64,000 bases of DNA from the NCBI RefSeq assembly GCF_964213995.1, contig NC_135801.1:86676001-86740000 (forward strand), read 5' to 3'. The notes below the pieces were generated by a model, which was given only the letters and a program-made list of their open reading frames with translations, was not told the origin of the DNA and searched no databases. The DNA comes from Mustelus asterias (lineage: Eukaryota). Made by a program: the position numbers and the translations under genes. Shown here in pieces: positions 37,819 to 50,340 of this stretch (the stretch's first letter is position 1; the number at the start of each line of letters is the position of its first letter).

Positions 37819-38730
37819 ATGGAGCAGATGCTGAAGCCCGATCGGCTAACCTTGGATCCGCGTGCCGCTGGGGCATCGAATACTTTCGACCATTGGTTGA
37901 AGTGCTTGGAGGATTACGTTGAGGCCTCAACAGCAGTCCAGTCCGACACCGACAGATTGCGGGTCCTCCACGCCAGGGTGAGCGACACTGTGTATACAAA
38001 AATTCACGATTCCCAAAATTACGAAGATGCTATCGAATTACTCAAGAAGTTGTATAATAAACAGCCGAACGAAATTCATGCTCGTCACCTATTAGCCACT
38101 CGACGGCGGCAACCCGGCGAAACTACGGGACAGTACCTGCGCGAACTTCAACAGCTAGCCAGAGCCTGCAACTGCAAGGAGGTGTCGGCTACTCAATACA
38201 CCAACGATCTTATTCGGGACACGTTCGTGGCGGGAATCGGCTCATCCTATATTCGCCTGCGGCGGCTAGAGCAGGGTAACTTGGACCTGGCTAAGACGGT
38301 AGAATTGGCCGATGCAATGGAAACGGCCTCCAGAAGTCTCGAAACCTACCCCACCGACCACGTGGGAACAGCGTGGCAAGCACAGCCACCGCCTCAACTG
38401 TACTTGGCGGCTCCTCGGAACTGCGCGATAATGCTCCCAACTTCAGACCTGACGGCTGCGGCAGCTCCTGGAGCCCACGGTGCTATTTCTGCGGATTGGC
38501 GAAGCATCCTCGCCAGAGATGTCCGGCCAGGGCGGTGTTTTGTTCTGCCTGTGGAAAGAAAGGGCACTATGCAAAAGTGTGCCGAGCAAAGACCCCTTCG
38601 AAGCCCAGCAGTGCTGCGTGCGACTCCCCAGGATCCATCTCCTCGTCTCCGGCCTCGTCGATGTCTTCAGCCACGTGCGATCCACGGGCGCCGCCATTTC
38701 CTATGATGACGACGCAAGCCACGTGCGACC
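37819..38730 (+). pseudogene. gag: Gypsy gag with tandem CCHC zinc knuckles, frameshifted
   Basis: MEQMLKPDRLTLDP...RRRQPGET...LIRDTFVAGI; in the next frame CYFCGLAKHPRQRC-PARAVF-CSACGKKGHYAKVC. Confidence 0.92.
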
Positions 38731-40538
38731 TGGTGGAAAACGGGGTCATCGGCCCCGATCCAGACTGTATGCGTCCCCTCCTTGAACTTCCCCTACCCAC
38801 TAGCATCAAAGCACTGAGAAGATGTTTAGGCTTCTTATTGTACTATGCACAGTGGGTCCCAAATTACGCGGATAAAGCCCGTCCGCTCATAAAATCTACC
38901 TCTTTTCCCCTGACAGCAGAGGCTCGCCTAGCCTTTGCAGGGATAAAAGCCGACATCGCGAAAGCCACGATGCACGCTGTTGATGAGTCCATCCCTTTTC
39001 AAGTGGAGAGTGATGCATCTGATTTCGCCCTGGCCGCCACACTTAACCAGGCGGGCAGGCCCGTCGCCTTTTTCTCTCGCACCCTCCAAGGCCCTGAAAT
39101 TCGGCACTCCTCTGTGGAGAAAGAGGCTCAGGCCATTGTGGAGGCCGTACGGCATTGGCGCCATTATTTGGCTGGCAAACGGTTTACCCTGCTCACGGAC
39201 CAGTGGTCCGTGGCCTTCATGTTCAACAACACGTTAAAGGGAAAAATTAAGAATGATAAAATCTTGAGGTGGAGAATCGAACTCTCCACCTACAACTATG
39301 ATATCATGTACCGTCTGGGGAAGCTCAATGAGCCCTCAGATGCCCTGTCGCGTGGAACATGTGCCAGTGTGCAGGAGGACCGGTTACAGGCCCTCCACAA
39401 TGATCTCTGCCATCCGGGGATCACTCGGTTTTTCCATTTTATAAAGGCTCGGAATCTGCCCTACTCCATAGAGGATGTCAGGTCGATAACTCGAAGCTGC
39501 CAGGTATGTGCAGAGTGCAAGCCGCACTTCTACCGGCCTGACAGGGCACACCTCATTAAGGCCACTCGCCCTTTTGAACGACTGAGTGTCGACTTCAAGG
39601 GGCCCCTTCCTTCGACAGATCGGAACGTGTATTTCCTCAACGTGGTTGACGAATATTCCCGATTCCCCTTTGCCATCCCCTGTTCTGACATGTCCTCTGC
39701 CACAGTCATCAAAGCCCTGCGGAGTCTTTTTACCCTGTTCGGCTACCCCAGTTAAATCCACAGTGATAGGGGTTCGTCGTTTATGAGCGACGACTTGAGG
39801 CAATACCTGCTCTTGAAGGGAATTGCCTCAAGTAGGACTATGAGTTATAACCCCAGGGGTAACGGACAGGTCGAGAGAGAAAACGCTACAGTCTGGAAGG
39901 CTGTTTTACTGGCGCTAAGGTCTAGGGGTCTTCCAGTCACCCGTTGGCAAGAGGTACTTTCTGATGTGCTCCATTCAATCCGGTCCCTCCTGTGTACGAC
40001 AACCAACGCTACCCCACATGAGCGGATGTTTACCTTCCCTAGGAAGTCTTCCTCTGGGACCTCTTGGTTGACGTACTCAGGACCTGTCCTCCTGCGACGG
40101 CATGTTAGGGCCCGCAAGTCCGACCCTTTGGTTGAACAGGTCCATCTCCTCCACGCCAACCCTCAATATGCCTATGTGGCATATCCTGACGGGCGAGAGG
40201 ACACGGTCTCTATCAGAGATCTGGCGCCTGCAGGGGACCTGGAAACCCCCGTCACTTCCGCACCCCGGGTTAGGATTCCTTTGCCCATTCTGTCCCCTCC
40301 TGACACGGCGCGGGCAGCATCGGGACCTCAACTTAATCCTCTTACTCCCGTGTGCAGCTTGCCTGAGTCCAGGAGATTGTCGCCACCTCGAGGTCCACAG
40401 GCGCGTGAGGAACTGGAGGAGTCAGTGGACACCACCTCGGAGAGAGGGTCGTCACCACGGTCACCAGAACCGGCACTGGAGCCAGTGCTGCGGAGGTCGC
40501 AGAGACGGTGCGGACCCCTGATACGGCTGAACTTGTGA
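38731..40538 (+). pseudogene. pol: Partial pol: RT connection, RNase H, integrase (stop at 39753-39755)
   Basis: ESDASDFALAATL, VAFFSRTL, EKEAQAI, TDQ; HNDLCHPG...CQVC; VDFKGP, VVDEYSRF, HSDRG, NGQVERENAT. Confidence 0.95.
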
Positions 40539-43500
40539 ACATGTGGACAGTTCGTATTGTCTCCTTACCCCACCGGCCTTTGTTTTTAAAGGAGGGGTGA
40601 ATGTGGTGAACCATAGATGGTTACCACGATGGGTACTTGTACATATGTTACTCTTGTTACTGTTGGGGTTAGGGTTTGGGTGTTCCATCTGTTATTATTG
40701 TTTATGTGGTACACTCCGTTCGGTTCCGCCTTCTTACAGGAGTATAAAGGTCACTGCTACTTCCTAGTAGCCCTTAGTCTGGGATAGTATTGTTAAGTAG
40801 TGTGCTCCAATCTTGTTGTGAATAAAAGCCTTTATTCCCGGGTACGTCCTAGCCTCCCGTGTGAATCAATCGCGCATCACAATGGAGAGAGATAGGGCCG
40901 TACGGCAGGGCAAGGTTTACAATTGGGGGAGAGGTAATTATGATGCAATTGGGCAAGAATTAGGGGGCATAGGATTGGAACAGAAACTGTCAGGGAAAGA
41001 CACTAATGAAAAGTGGAACTTTTTGAAGGAACAAATACTGGGTGTCCTTGATAGGTATGTCCCTGTCAGGCAGGGAGGAAATGGCCGAGTGAGGGAACCA
41101 TGGTTCACGAAAGAGGTGGAATGTCTTGTGAAAAGGAAGAGGGAAGCTTATGTAGAGATGAGGAAACAAGGTTCAGATGGCTCGATTGAGGGTTACAAGT
41201 TAGCAAGGAATGAGCTGAAAAAGGGGCTTAGGAGAGCTAGGAGGGGACATGAGAAGTCCTTGGCGGGTCGGATCAAGGAAAACCCCAAGGCTTTTTACTC
41301 TTATGTGAGGAATAAAAGAATGACCAGGGTGAGGTTAGGGCCGGTCAAGGACAGTAGTGGGAACTTGTGTATGGAGTCAGTAGAGATAGGCGAGGTGATG
41401 AATGAATACTTTTCTTCAGTGTTCACCAAGGAGAGGGGCCATGTTTTTGAGGAAGAGAAGGTGTTACAGGCTAATAGGCTGGAGGAAGTAGATGTTCGGA
41501 GGGAGGATGTACTGGCAGTTTTGAATAAACTGAAGGTCGATAAGTCCCCTGGGCCTGATGAAATATATCCTAGGATTCTTTGGGAGGCAAGGGATGAGAT
41601 TGCAGAGCCTTTGGCTTTGATCTTTGGGTTCTCACTGTCCACGGGGATGGTGCCAGAGGACTGGAGAGTGGCGAATGTTGTTCCTCTGTTTAAGAAAGGG
41701 AATAGAAATGCCCCTGGTAATTATAGACCGGTTAGTCTTACTTTGGTGGTTGGTAAATTGATGGAAAAGGTCCTTAGGGATGGGATTTACGACCATTTAG
41801 AAAGATACGGATTAATCCGGGATAGTCAGCACGGATTCGTGAAGGGCAAGTTGTGCCTCACAAATTTGATAGAATTTTTTGAGGAGGTAACTAAGTGTGT
41901 TGATGAAGGTAGGGCAGTTGATGTCATATACATGGATTTTAGTAAGGCCTTTGATAAGGTCCCCCATGATCGGCTTATGATGAAAGTGAGGAGGTGTGGG
42001 ATAGAGGGAAAGTTGGCCGATTGGATAGGTAACTGGCTATCTGATCGAAGACAGAGGGTGGTGGTGGATGGAAAATTTTCGGCATTGAGGCAGGTTGCTA
42101 GCGGAGTGCCACAAGGATCAGTGCTTGGTCCTCTGCTATTTGTGATTTTTATTAATGACTTAGAGGAGGGGGCTGAAGGGTGGATCAGTAAATTTGCTGA
42201 TGACACCAAGATTGGTGGAGTAGAGGATGAGGTGGAGGGCTGTTGTAGGCTGTAAAGAGACATAGATAGGATGCAAAGCTGGGCTGAGAAATGGCAAATG
42301 GAGTTTAACCCTGATAAATGTGAGGTGATTCATTTTGGTAGGACTAATTTAAATGTGGATTACTGGGTCAAAGGTAGGGTTCTGAAGACTGTGGAGGAAC
42401 AGAGAGATCTTGGGTCCATATCCACAGATCTCTAAAGTTTGCCACTCAAGTGGATAGAGCTGTGAAGAAGGCCTATAGTGTGTTAGCTTTTATTAACAGG
42501 GGGTTGGAGTTTAAGAGCCGTGGGGTTATGCTGCAACTGTACAGGACCTTGGTGTGACCACATTTGGAATATTGTGTGCAGTTCTGGTCACCTCACTATA
42601 AGAAGGATGTGGAAGCGCTGGAAAAAGTGCAGAGGAGATTTACCAGGATGCTGCCTGGTTTGGAGGATAGGTCTTATGAGGAAAGGTTGAGGGAGCTAGG
42701 GCTGTTCTCTCTGGAGCGGAGGAGGCTGAGGGGAGACTTAATAGAGGTTTATAAAATGATGAAGGGGATTGATAGAGTGAACGTTCAAAGACTATTTCCT
42801 CGGGTGGATGGAGCTATTACAAGGGGGCATAACTATAGGGTTCATGGTGGGAGATATAGGAAGGATATCAGAGGTAGGTTCTTTATGCAGAGAGTGGTTG
42901 GGGTGTGGAATGGACTGCCTGCAGTGATAGTGGAGTCAGACACTTTGAGGAACATTTAAGCGGTTATTGGATAGGCACATGGAGCACACCAGGATGATAG
43001 GGAGTGGGATAGCTTGATCTTGGTTTCAGATAAAGCTCGGCACAACATCGTGGGCCGAAGGGCCTGTTCTGTGCTGTACTGTACTATGTTCTATGTTCTA
43101 TGTAAACTAAGGGAGTTTGGGCTGCTGCAGGAGAAGAATGAATGGAAAGAGTTAAACAGACAGCCTGACTATAGTATTCATATTCACTGTGGGCATACAC
43201 GACAAATTACCATATCCCAGACAACACTAACACAGTCACATCCTAGGTGAGATCTTTGAGGTTACAGCAACGATAAGAGAATCAATATCTTATCAAGGCT
43301 CCACAATGTCTGGAGGAGCCATTGATCTCTGGAAAACTAACCAAGTATCAGGGAGGTGGGAACAATTAACACACCATCGAAATTTGTTTGACAAACATAA
43401 TGCTTTGATATTGTAAACGGGTAGACAGGAGATGTCCAGAAAATGACTAAAGCTAAAGCACACAATACAATGAATCTGTATAATGTGATCAAAAACAGAA

Positions 43501-43974
43501 CTGTAACCAATTTAAAGTAACAAACCGATGACCTAATCAAAATGTAGCACTTTGTAACGTGAAAAAGTATAAGAATATGTAAGAAGCAATGATTAGCAGA
43601 GTAGCTCAGAAGCAAGCTGGAATTACAGCCACGAGTTCTGCTCTCCCTCATGCATGTTGAATAAAGCCGTTTTGTTAAAGTTCTACATGGTCTCTGAAGA
43701 CTCAGTTCCAACAGTGCTATAGCAATGAATATGATTAAAACATTGGAATCAGGGAAGGCAAAGTGATTTGTTTATGTAATGGTGAAGAAATTGGACTAAT
43801 TGGCTTACAGTTTGCAGAGAGCTTCAAGTCTATGTACGAGGTCATTAGATTTTGTCATCTTATTTCAGAAAGAAGGTTCTTTTTCCTGGTTGGAGGTTTG
43901 GGCCATAGAATTCAACTCTGAACCATCTGATTTTCAGCGCTACAATTCTGGAGGCAAGATAGCTGTGTTCAACC

Positions 43975-44241
43975 ATGCAGTGACACAGTGGTTAACACTG
44001 TGGCCTCACAGCGCCAGGGACTTGGGTTCAATTCCCGGCTTGGGTCACTGTCAGTACGGAGTCTGCACATTCTCTCCGTGTGCTCCGGTTTCCTCCCACA
44101 GTCTGAAAGACGTGCTGGTTAGGTGCATTTGCCATGATAAATTCTCACTCAGTGTACCTGAACAAGCAACTAGGGGATTTTCATAGTAACTTCATTGCAG
44201 TGTTAATATAAGACTACTTGTGACACTAATAAATAAACTTT
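43975..44241 (+). mobile_element. HE1-like V-SINE, Rex1-type tail
   Basis: A/B boxes; ends cttgtgacactaataaataaactt. Confidence 0.9.
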
Positions 44242-44244
44242 TGA

Positions 44245-45019
44245 AGAAGGGAAAGGGTTAATGTTTTTTTTGTACTCAATGTATTTTGTGCCTAAAAGGT
44301 TGAACTTTGTACCTGGAACGTATCATAAACATAACCCTTTTTTATGGCTAGTTTCCCCTTTGTTGATATTGCTCCTGGTAGTAGTATAAGCCATTTGTTC
44401 ATGTCTTTCATCTTTAACTTTTAGTAGCACAAGCCATTTGTTTTTGGTTTCATCTTTAACTTTTAGTAGTATAAGCCATTTGTTCATGGTTCCCTCGCTT
44501 GTTTGTATCATTCTGATAAAACAGACAGTTAAATGTAGATGTAGGGTGGTAAGTCTTTCTTTCTCATAGGCTTGTGTATGATTTAAACAAAGGAAGCAAA
44601 TGGTAGAGTGCGAGAATGGCCATTTGAAGGAGGGCTCCCACTGGGACAGCTGCACTCGTACTCAGTCACCTCAAAGGAAAAGCTGCGGGAAGAGCAGGGG
44701 ACCAGAGGTGGCACCTTGGCTTCGACTACCAGGAGAATTGTGCTTTATGACCCAAGGATATCAGATAGTCTCTGGATCATGGTTAGAGACTATCAGAAGC
44801 TGTTAAAAGAACTATAATTTACGATCAAGGACTGTTAACTGGACTTTGCTTTATGGCTTGTATTGGGAACCCTGATGTATAAATATCCACACTTCTTGGG
44901 TTCAGAGAGAACTTTGGCTTCCGCTTTCAAGGGGTCAAGTTCTCCCATAAGCTTGTGAGAATAAAGCCTGACTGTATTTTGACTCATACCAGCCTCAAGA
45001 GGTATATTTTCCGACTTCA
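44245..45019 (+). mobile_element. Probable solo-LTR remnant
   Basis: 3' end gcttgtgagaataaagcctgactgtattttgactcat...ca resembles 47667-47733; no TSD found. Confidence 0.4.
44379..44489. repeat. About 42-bp tandem repeat, about 2.6 copies
   Basis: tagtagtataagccatttgttcatgtctttcatctttaactttt repeated. Confidence 0.9.
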
Positions 45020-45296
45020 TTTTAAACTTTTGATCTCCATGAGAGACTATGGGTGAGATTTTATGGCCTCACTTGCCCTGGAACCATAAAATCCCGTCCG
45101 AGGACAACAGACCTTTCCATTGTCCGTCCTTGCCTGCTCCAAATCCCATGGCGGGTGGGGCGGTGAAATTTCGGCATGTGTGTGGCGATGAGCAAACTTA
45201 TTGAGATTTGCCCTGGTGTCATTTTGTTTGCAATGAGATACTTTAAAAAATTTTCACCAGTATTCCAGAGGCTGTTTTTGGTGAGTTCACATTCTA

Positions 45297-45618
45297 GGGG
45301 CAGCACGGTAGCACAGTGGTTAGCACGGCTGCCTCACAATGCCAGGGACCTGGGTTCGATTCCCGGCTTGAGTCCCTGTCTGTGACCCAAGTTTGTGCAT
45401 TCTCCCTGTGTCTGCGTCAGTTTCCTTTGGGTGCTCCGGTTTCCTCCCACGGTCCAAAGATGTGTGGGTTAGGTTGATTGGCTATGCTAAATTGTCAATT
45501 AGTGTCGGGGACTAACAAGGTAAATATGTGAGGTTATGGGGATAGGGACTGGGTGCGATTATGGTCGGTACAGACTCCATGGGTCGATTGGCGTCCTTCT
45601 GCACTGTAGGGATTCTAG
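45297..45618 (+). mobile_element. HE1-like V-SINE, CR1-type tail
   Basis: gggcagcacggtagcacagtggttagc, GGTTCGATTCC, ends gtagggattcta. Confidence 0.92.
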
Positions 45619-45875
45619 TACATTCCAATTATTTTGCCTCCAAAGTTAATTCACTGGGTAGTGTTCAAATTCCGAGGGCATTAAGATTAGTTCTGGGGCA
45701 GGAGGGACCTGTTTACATGTGGAAGGTGTTGTATCTTAACACAGCTAGGATCTATCACCTCACAGGGTGATTAACTGGTGCTTAAAATAACTTAGACGCC
45801 AGGACACAGCAGCATAGAGAAGAATCAGGGTGCATGGAAAATCAAGAAGGGCAAACAGAAACAAGAGTAATACAT

Positions 45876-46184
45876 GCTGGGATTCTCTTTCCCCACCAAA
45901 GCAGGTTCCCCCATGGCGAATGTGGTGAACCATTTAAATGTCCATAGATTTCAGCGGGACCGGAAGATCCTGCTGGCAGGAAGGGCTGGAAAATCCCAGC
46001 CCAAGAGTTAGCTGGAGGGAAATAGCAAAGCCAATCCCCAGTGTGGTGTGGAAACCATAGCCGGAATTTTACTGCTTTGCCCACCCCGGAATCAGGGTGG
46101 ATGCGGCTGGCAGAATGGAATTCTCCGTTGGCCTCGGGTGGGATTTTACGAGCCTCACCCGAGTGAGGTCTAAAATACCGGCCC
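45876..46184. mobile_element. Two adjacent short Harbinger-like MITEs (45876-46002 and 46059-46184)
   Basis: gctgggattctc...ggaaaatcccagcc; gccggaatttta...taaaataccggccc. Confidence 0.75.
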
Positions 46185-46199
46185 ATATGTGTTGATGCA

Positions 46200-47000
46200 A
46201 GATGTGTTATCAATAGGATTTTGACAAGTTGCAGGGCACTAACATGAGTGGACTGGAAAACAGAATATGATCAAAAGTAGGCTTTCAAGGTGGAGATAAA
46301 TCAGTCAATCTTTGTTTCCAGTCCAACTGCACTCGATCTCTTCTCAAAGCCCTGAAATCCACTCTGATCAAACTTGGTCATTTCACTGTTGATTTCTCCT
46401 TTTCTCTTCCCATTACTATTTTAAGCCAGCGAAGCATAGATCCACAAGGAAGAAAGCTTGGGAGTATCCAAAGAAAATAAAGGTTAAAATAAAACTGAAA
46501 ATTGATGTTTATGGCAAATGACATGCACAAAGTATAATACAAACATGATAAAGAGTGCTGGGGGAAAATGAACATGGATATAAGAAGGGCAACAAGAGAA
46601 TATGAGAAAAGATTACTTGGTAAATCAAACTCAAAGGTCTTTTCGAAACATATAAAAAGCTAACTAAAGGAATGTTGGGGCAGAAAAGGAGATCTTCTTG
46701 GGAAGGAAGAGTACATGATTGCGGTACTAAATGGATACTTCGGCTGGAATATTCCGGACATTCATGCCCCGCCACCACTGCAAGCAAGATTGGAGAATTC
46801 GGCGCTCGGTCAAACCTCCGTTCACTGCAACGGTGCCAGAGAATCCCACTGGCATGAATGGCTGGAAAATTACAGCCTTTGTATCTGTCTTCATGGAAGA
46901 AGAGGATGAACTTAATGTCAAAGAACAGAAGGATTGGGTAGGGATATTGGATGGGATAAAAATAGAAAAGAGGTACTAAATAGGTTGGCATTAATCACCT
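46200..47000 (+). mobile_element. Old CR1 ORF2 linker fragment containing a MITE (46741-46877)
   Basis: IRRATREYEKRL; LNGYF/FVSVF split by cggctggaat...aattacagcc. Confidence 0.6.
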
Positions 47001-48182
47001 GTATGAAGATGTGTGTTACTTTTTACTATTTTTGGGAATATGATGGTATCCGTTAAGGAGGCCATGTGTGTATGCGTTGAAGAAGGGAACGGGTTAATGA
47101 ACTTTGTAACACTTAAGATTTGTGAGAAATATTGTAAAACTTGTTTTAGTGTCTGTAGAGCCTGTTTTCGTGTATCCAGACCAGATAAGAGAGACAGCTA
47201 TCCTTGCTGTTGTACACAACCGTATGCTTTTCCCAGCTAATTGTGTTCAGGAATGTGGCTAGTTTAAGCTAGAATCCATTTTGTGTTCTTTTATATTATG
47301 TACTGCTGTTTAACACGGTGGAGCTTATATGCATGCCTTCTGTGATCATATAATAATAGATTCATATATATTCATTATATAGTATTCATCCTTATCGATA
47401 TAAATTGTTATATAGGCCCCTGTACATCAGTTAACTTGTTTATGCAAACTTATCATCTTGTATGCTGGACATAGAGGCGACAGAACAGATAGTCGCAGCC
47501 TTGAGATGGCCACGATTACACAGACTACGCGGAGGCGCTGAGGCAGCAATAATCGTGAGAAAATGCGGACGTGACCAGGGACGAAAATATATGTATAAAT
47601 ATTTGATCTTAACCTGTATTCGGGGAGAAGTCTGGAGACCGCGTTAGGGATCGGACTTCTCCCACAGGCTTGTGAAAATAAACCACTGTACTTTGACTCA
47701 TGACTAGTCTCAGAGGTATTATTTACCTACAACAGCGTAATTAATTAAACTGGGGGAAGGTTAGTAGAGATAGCTTGTCTGTGAGAGTTGAGGGATAAAA
47801 GGGTAAAGTTTCTTGATGCATGCATTTGTAATTAGAGACCATGGTGAAGTTGGATTTACAAGTAAATAGGTTAGGTTTTAAAAGTTTGCCTCAGGAAATA
47901 GATCGGGGCTTACCTTTTTAGTTGTTAAATTTCAACGGGGAGTTTAAAGGACTTTTACAACATACAAAGGTTTCATTAAATATTTAAGTTTTTTCTTCTC
48001 ATTAATAAATCTTTTATTTTTAAATCCTAAAGGTGTTACTGGAGTTCTAATGCTTCTGGGATCAGAATTGTTTCCTCCCCTTCTCAGTTTCAAAATACAA
48101 ACAAAAAGGTTATAATCAGTAAGACAGGCCTCCCACTGGCATCTGTCTTCCTCAGCCAATAGCAACCGCCATGGCCATAACA
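47000..48182 (+). mobile_element. Cluster of LTR-like remnants
   Basis: AATAAA followed by CA-ending termini at about 47733 and 48182; no TSD resolved. Confidence 0.35.
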
Positions 48183-48744
48183 CCTAGTCCAGGTCAGATA
48201 CATCAGTGGCGCTTTTCCCCCCCAAAAAAACGAAGTGCCCAACGGGCGGGAAAATGGGAGATTTTCCTGCCTGTTTTTTTGGGTGTACTTAGTTGAATTT
48301 CCAGCACTCAGTCTGCCAGGGGATTCATGCTGGTAAGGGGGAGGGTGGGGACTAGTCCTCCCTCAGAGGCTGGCATCAGCGTGCTGAGTGGGCCACTGCG
48401 CATGCCCCCCCCCCCCAATCGTTGGCCTCCCAATGGCTTACCGACCCCTGGGCTCGCTAATGAGATTCAACTGTCAATTTCAATATAGTAATCAGCGCCG
48501 CGCTGTTTTCCGGAGCAAGGCTGATCTTGCCATAATAAATGGGCCAGGAAAGTCGCAATCGGCTGTACACCGGTTGCAAATCCCATCACAGCCCTCCCAT
48601 GTGCAGTGCCGGGGGAGATATGAAAGTGGGGGACAATACAACAGGGAAGCCCACTAATGATATTGAAATGTATATAAATAAGGTTCCTGACCTTCCTGGA
48701 CATGAACTATGTTACCTCAACAGCAGACAGAGGGAGTGATCCCA

Positions 48745-48930
48745 TCGTGTTCATTAATGGTTCACTCATGTCTTTTAGGGAAGGAAATCTGCTGCCCTTA
48801 CCTGGTCAGGCCTACATGTGACTCCAGAGCCACAGCAATGTGGTTGACTCTCAACTGCTCTCGGGCAAACTAGGGATTGGCAATAAATGCTGGCCAGCCA
48901 GCGACGCCCACATCCCACAAATGAATAAAT
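48745..48930 (+). mobile_element. SINE-like 3' fragment sharing the tail of LINE family 2
   Basis: ggttcactcatgtcttttagggaaggaaatc... then ggcaataaatgctggccagccagcgacgcccacatccc. Confidence 0.7.
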
Positions 48931-49059
48931 AGCAAGATTGCGCTAGCCAGAACCTCATTTTCAGCCTGTTGCTAGATTTTTGCCCCCATTGCCATTTATG
49001 CTCAAGGGAAAGAGGGGTTGCGAACAATCCCTGCTATTGTAACAATCATACTCCAAGAT

Positions 49060-50340
49060 GTAAAATAAAAGTAATGTATTGTGGATGCTGGAAATCTGAA
49101 ATAAAAAGTGAGAATGCTGGAAAGATTCAGCAGGTCTGGCAGTCCTCTGAGGGAGAGTCATATGGAGTTGAAATGGTGGGGGCAATTCTCCAAAAGTGCT
49201 GAATTGGTGGGAAAACTGTTCTAGATCACGACTGTTTATTCAGTGCAACTTCAGACCTGAATCTCCATGCTCTGGGTGATGCAGAGGTCACAATCGTGAA
49301 TCTCATTAAAAAATCCAAAGGCCTATTTGAGCAAGAGTCTGATAGTTCTGGAACTCTGCGCATGCACAGTGGTCCCGATCTGTCAGTCTCCCCATTTGAT
49401 GGCCAGCTCAAATGCTGGCCAGCCTGGGACCTCCACAGTGCTGCCCCTCCAGCCCCACACACGGCCCAATCGTGGCCCCTACAACAATTCCCGGGCCAGC
49501 CCTGACGCCCCCCCTCCGTCCCAGAGCGTCCTGATGTCCAGCCCGACCCCCCCCCCCCACCCGAATCCCCTCCGGGATCAGCCCGACCCCCCCCCCCCCA
49601 CGCCCGAACCCACTCCGGGATCAGACCTCCCCCCTGGGAGGCAGGTCCCCCCCGGCAGACACCCCTGGCCTCTCTCCAGCCCAGACTGACGCAGAGTGGC
49701 AGTGGAACACCCCACCTCCACCAATCGCCCCTAGGCCCCGCCCACAATAGGCCCTACCCCCTTGGCACTATCCGATGCCCTGTGGGCAATGCCAAGGTGC
49801 CCCCTGGACATGGACACTTTGCACCTTGGGCAGTGCCGGAGGCACAGACTGGCACTGCCAGGGTGCCCATGCCCAGGGGGGCACCATTCCCCCGCCGCCC
49901 GACTCCCTGGGGGGGCCTCGATTGCCCCCCCCCCCTTCATTCTGGCAGGGTCTCCTGCTGGTTCCTCAAACGTGTGGAGCTACTCTCAACCCTCCCGGAA
50001 TGAAGTACTCCTGGCGGGATGGGAGATGTTCTCAGGCTGGGCCGGATAATCACATGCAAAATATATTTAAACTACATTTTAAAAAAATTCAAACGACTTA
50101 TGTCTTCTCCCGCCGGTTTCCAGCACGGTCCCGACTATGACTGTTCTCCGGCTCTGGGAGACGTGCATGCATTACCGACGCATGCATGAATCCCGTGAAA
50201 TGTCCGACATGCGATTCTCCGGACTGGACCCGCCAGAAAGGTTGCGGGTCACGATGGGAGAATCGGGCCTGTTAGTTCTGTTTATCTCTCCACAAATGCT
50301 GCCAGATCTGCCATGTCTTTCCAGCGTTGTCTGTTTTTAT
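49060..50340. mobile_element. Penelope-like inverted-repeat fragment (49060-49177 plus 50270-50340) split by a MITE
   Basis: gatgctggaaatctgaaat...cagcaggtctggcag and the inverse ctgccagatctg...tttccagc; related to 52540-52640 and 59706-59882. Confidence 0.65.
49178..50269. mobile_element. About 1.1-kb GC-rich non-autonomous Harbinger-like element
   Basis: TIRs gggggcaattctcc / gggagaatcgggcc. Confidence 0.8.

Larger units (their letters stand above)
37497..40879 (+). mobile_element. Gypsy element B: 3.4-kb LTR retrotransposon lacking protease and RT core
   Basis: LTRs at 37497-37774 and 40602-40879 (278 bp, about 9 differences); TSD CAATG; PPT aaaggaggggtgaa. Confidence 0.98.
36980..43102 (+). 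mobile_element. Young CR1 LINE (same subfamily as 19400-22268), ORF2 interrupted by Gypsy element B
   Basis: APE part 36980-37496 (YYRPPN, GDFNF, SDHN); linker and RT 40880-42960 (ORF 40861-42255); tail ctatgttctatgttctatg. Confidence 0.97.

Noticed and set aside
38440-38490. Frame change in gag before the zinc knuckles as a programmed frameshift
   Set aside because: No slippery heptamer and it falls within gag; more likely a 1-nt indel
44379-44489. Repeat-spacer (CRISPR-like) appearance
   Set aside because: Plain tandem repeat without unique spacers, in eukaryotic DNA
45920-45934. tgtggtgaaccatt identical to the LTR start
   Set aside because: Lies inside a MITE with no further LTR similarity; treated as coincidence
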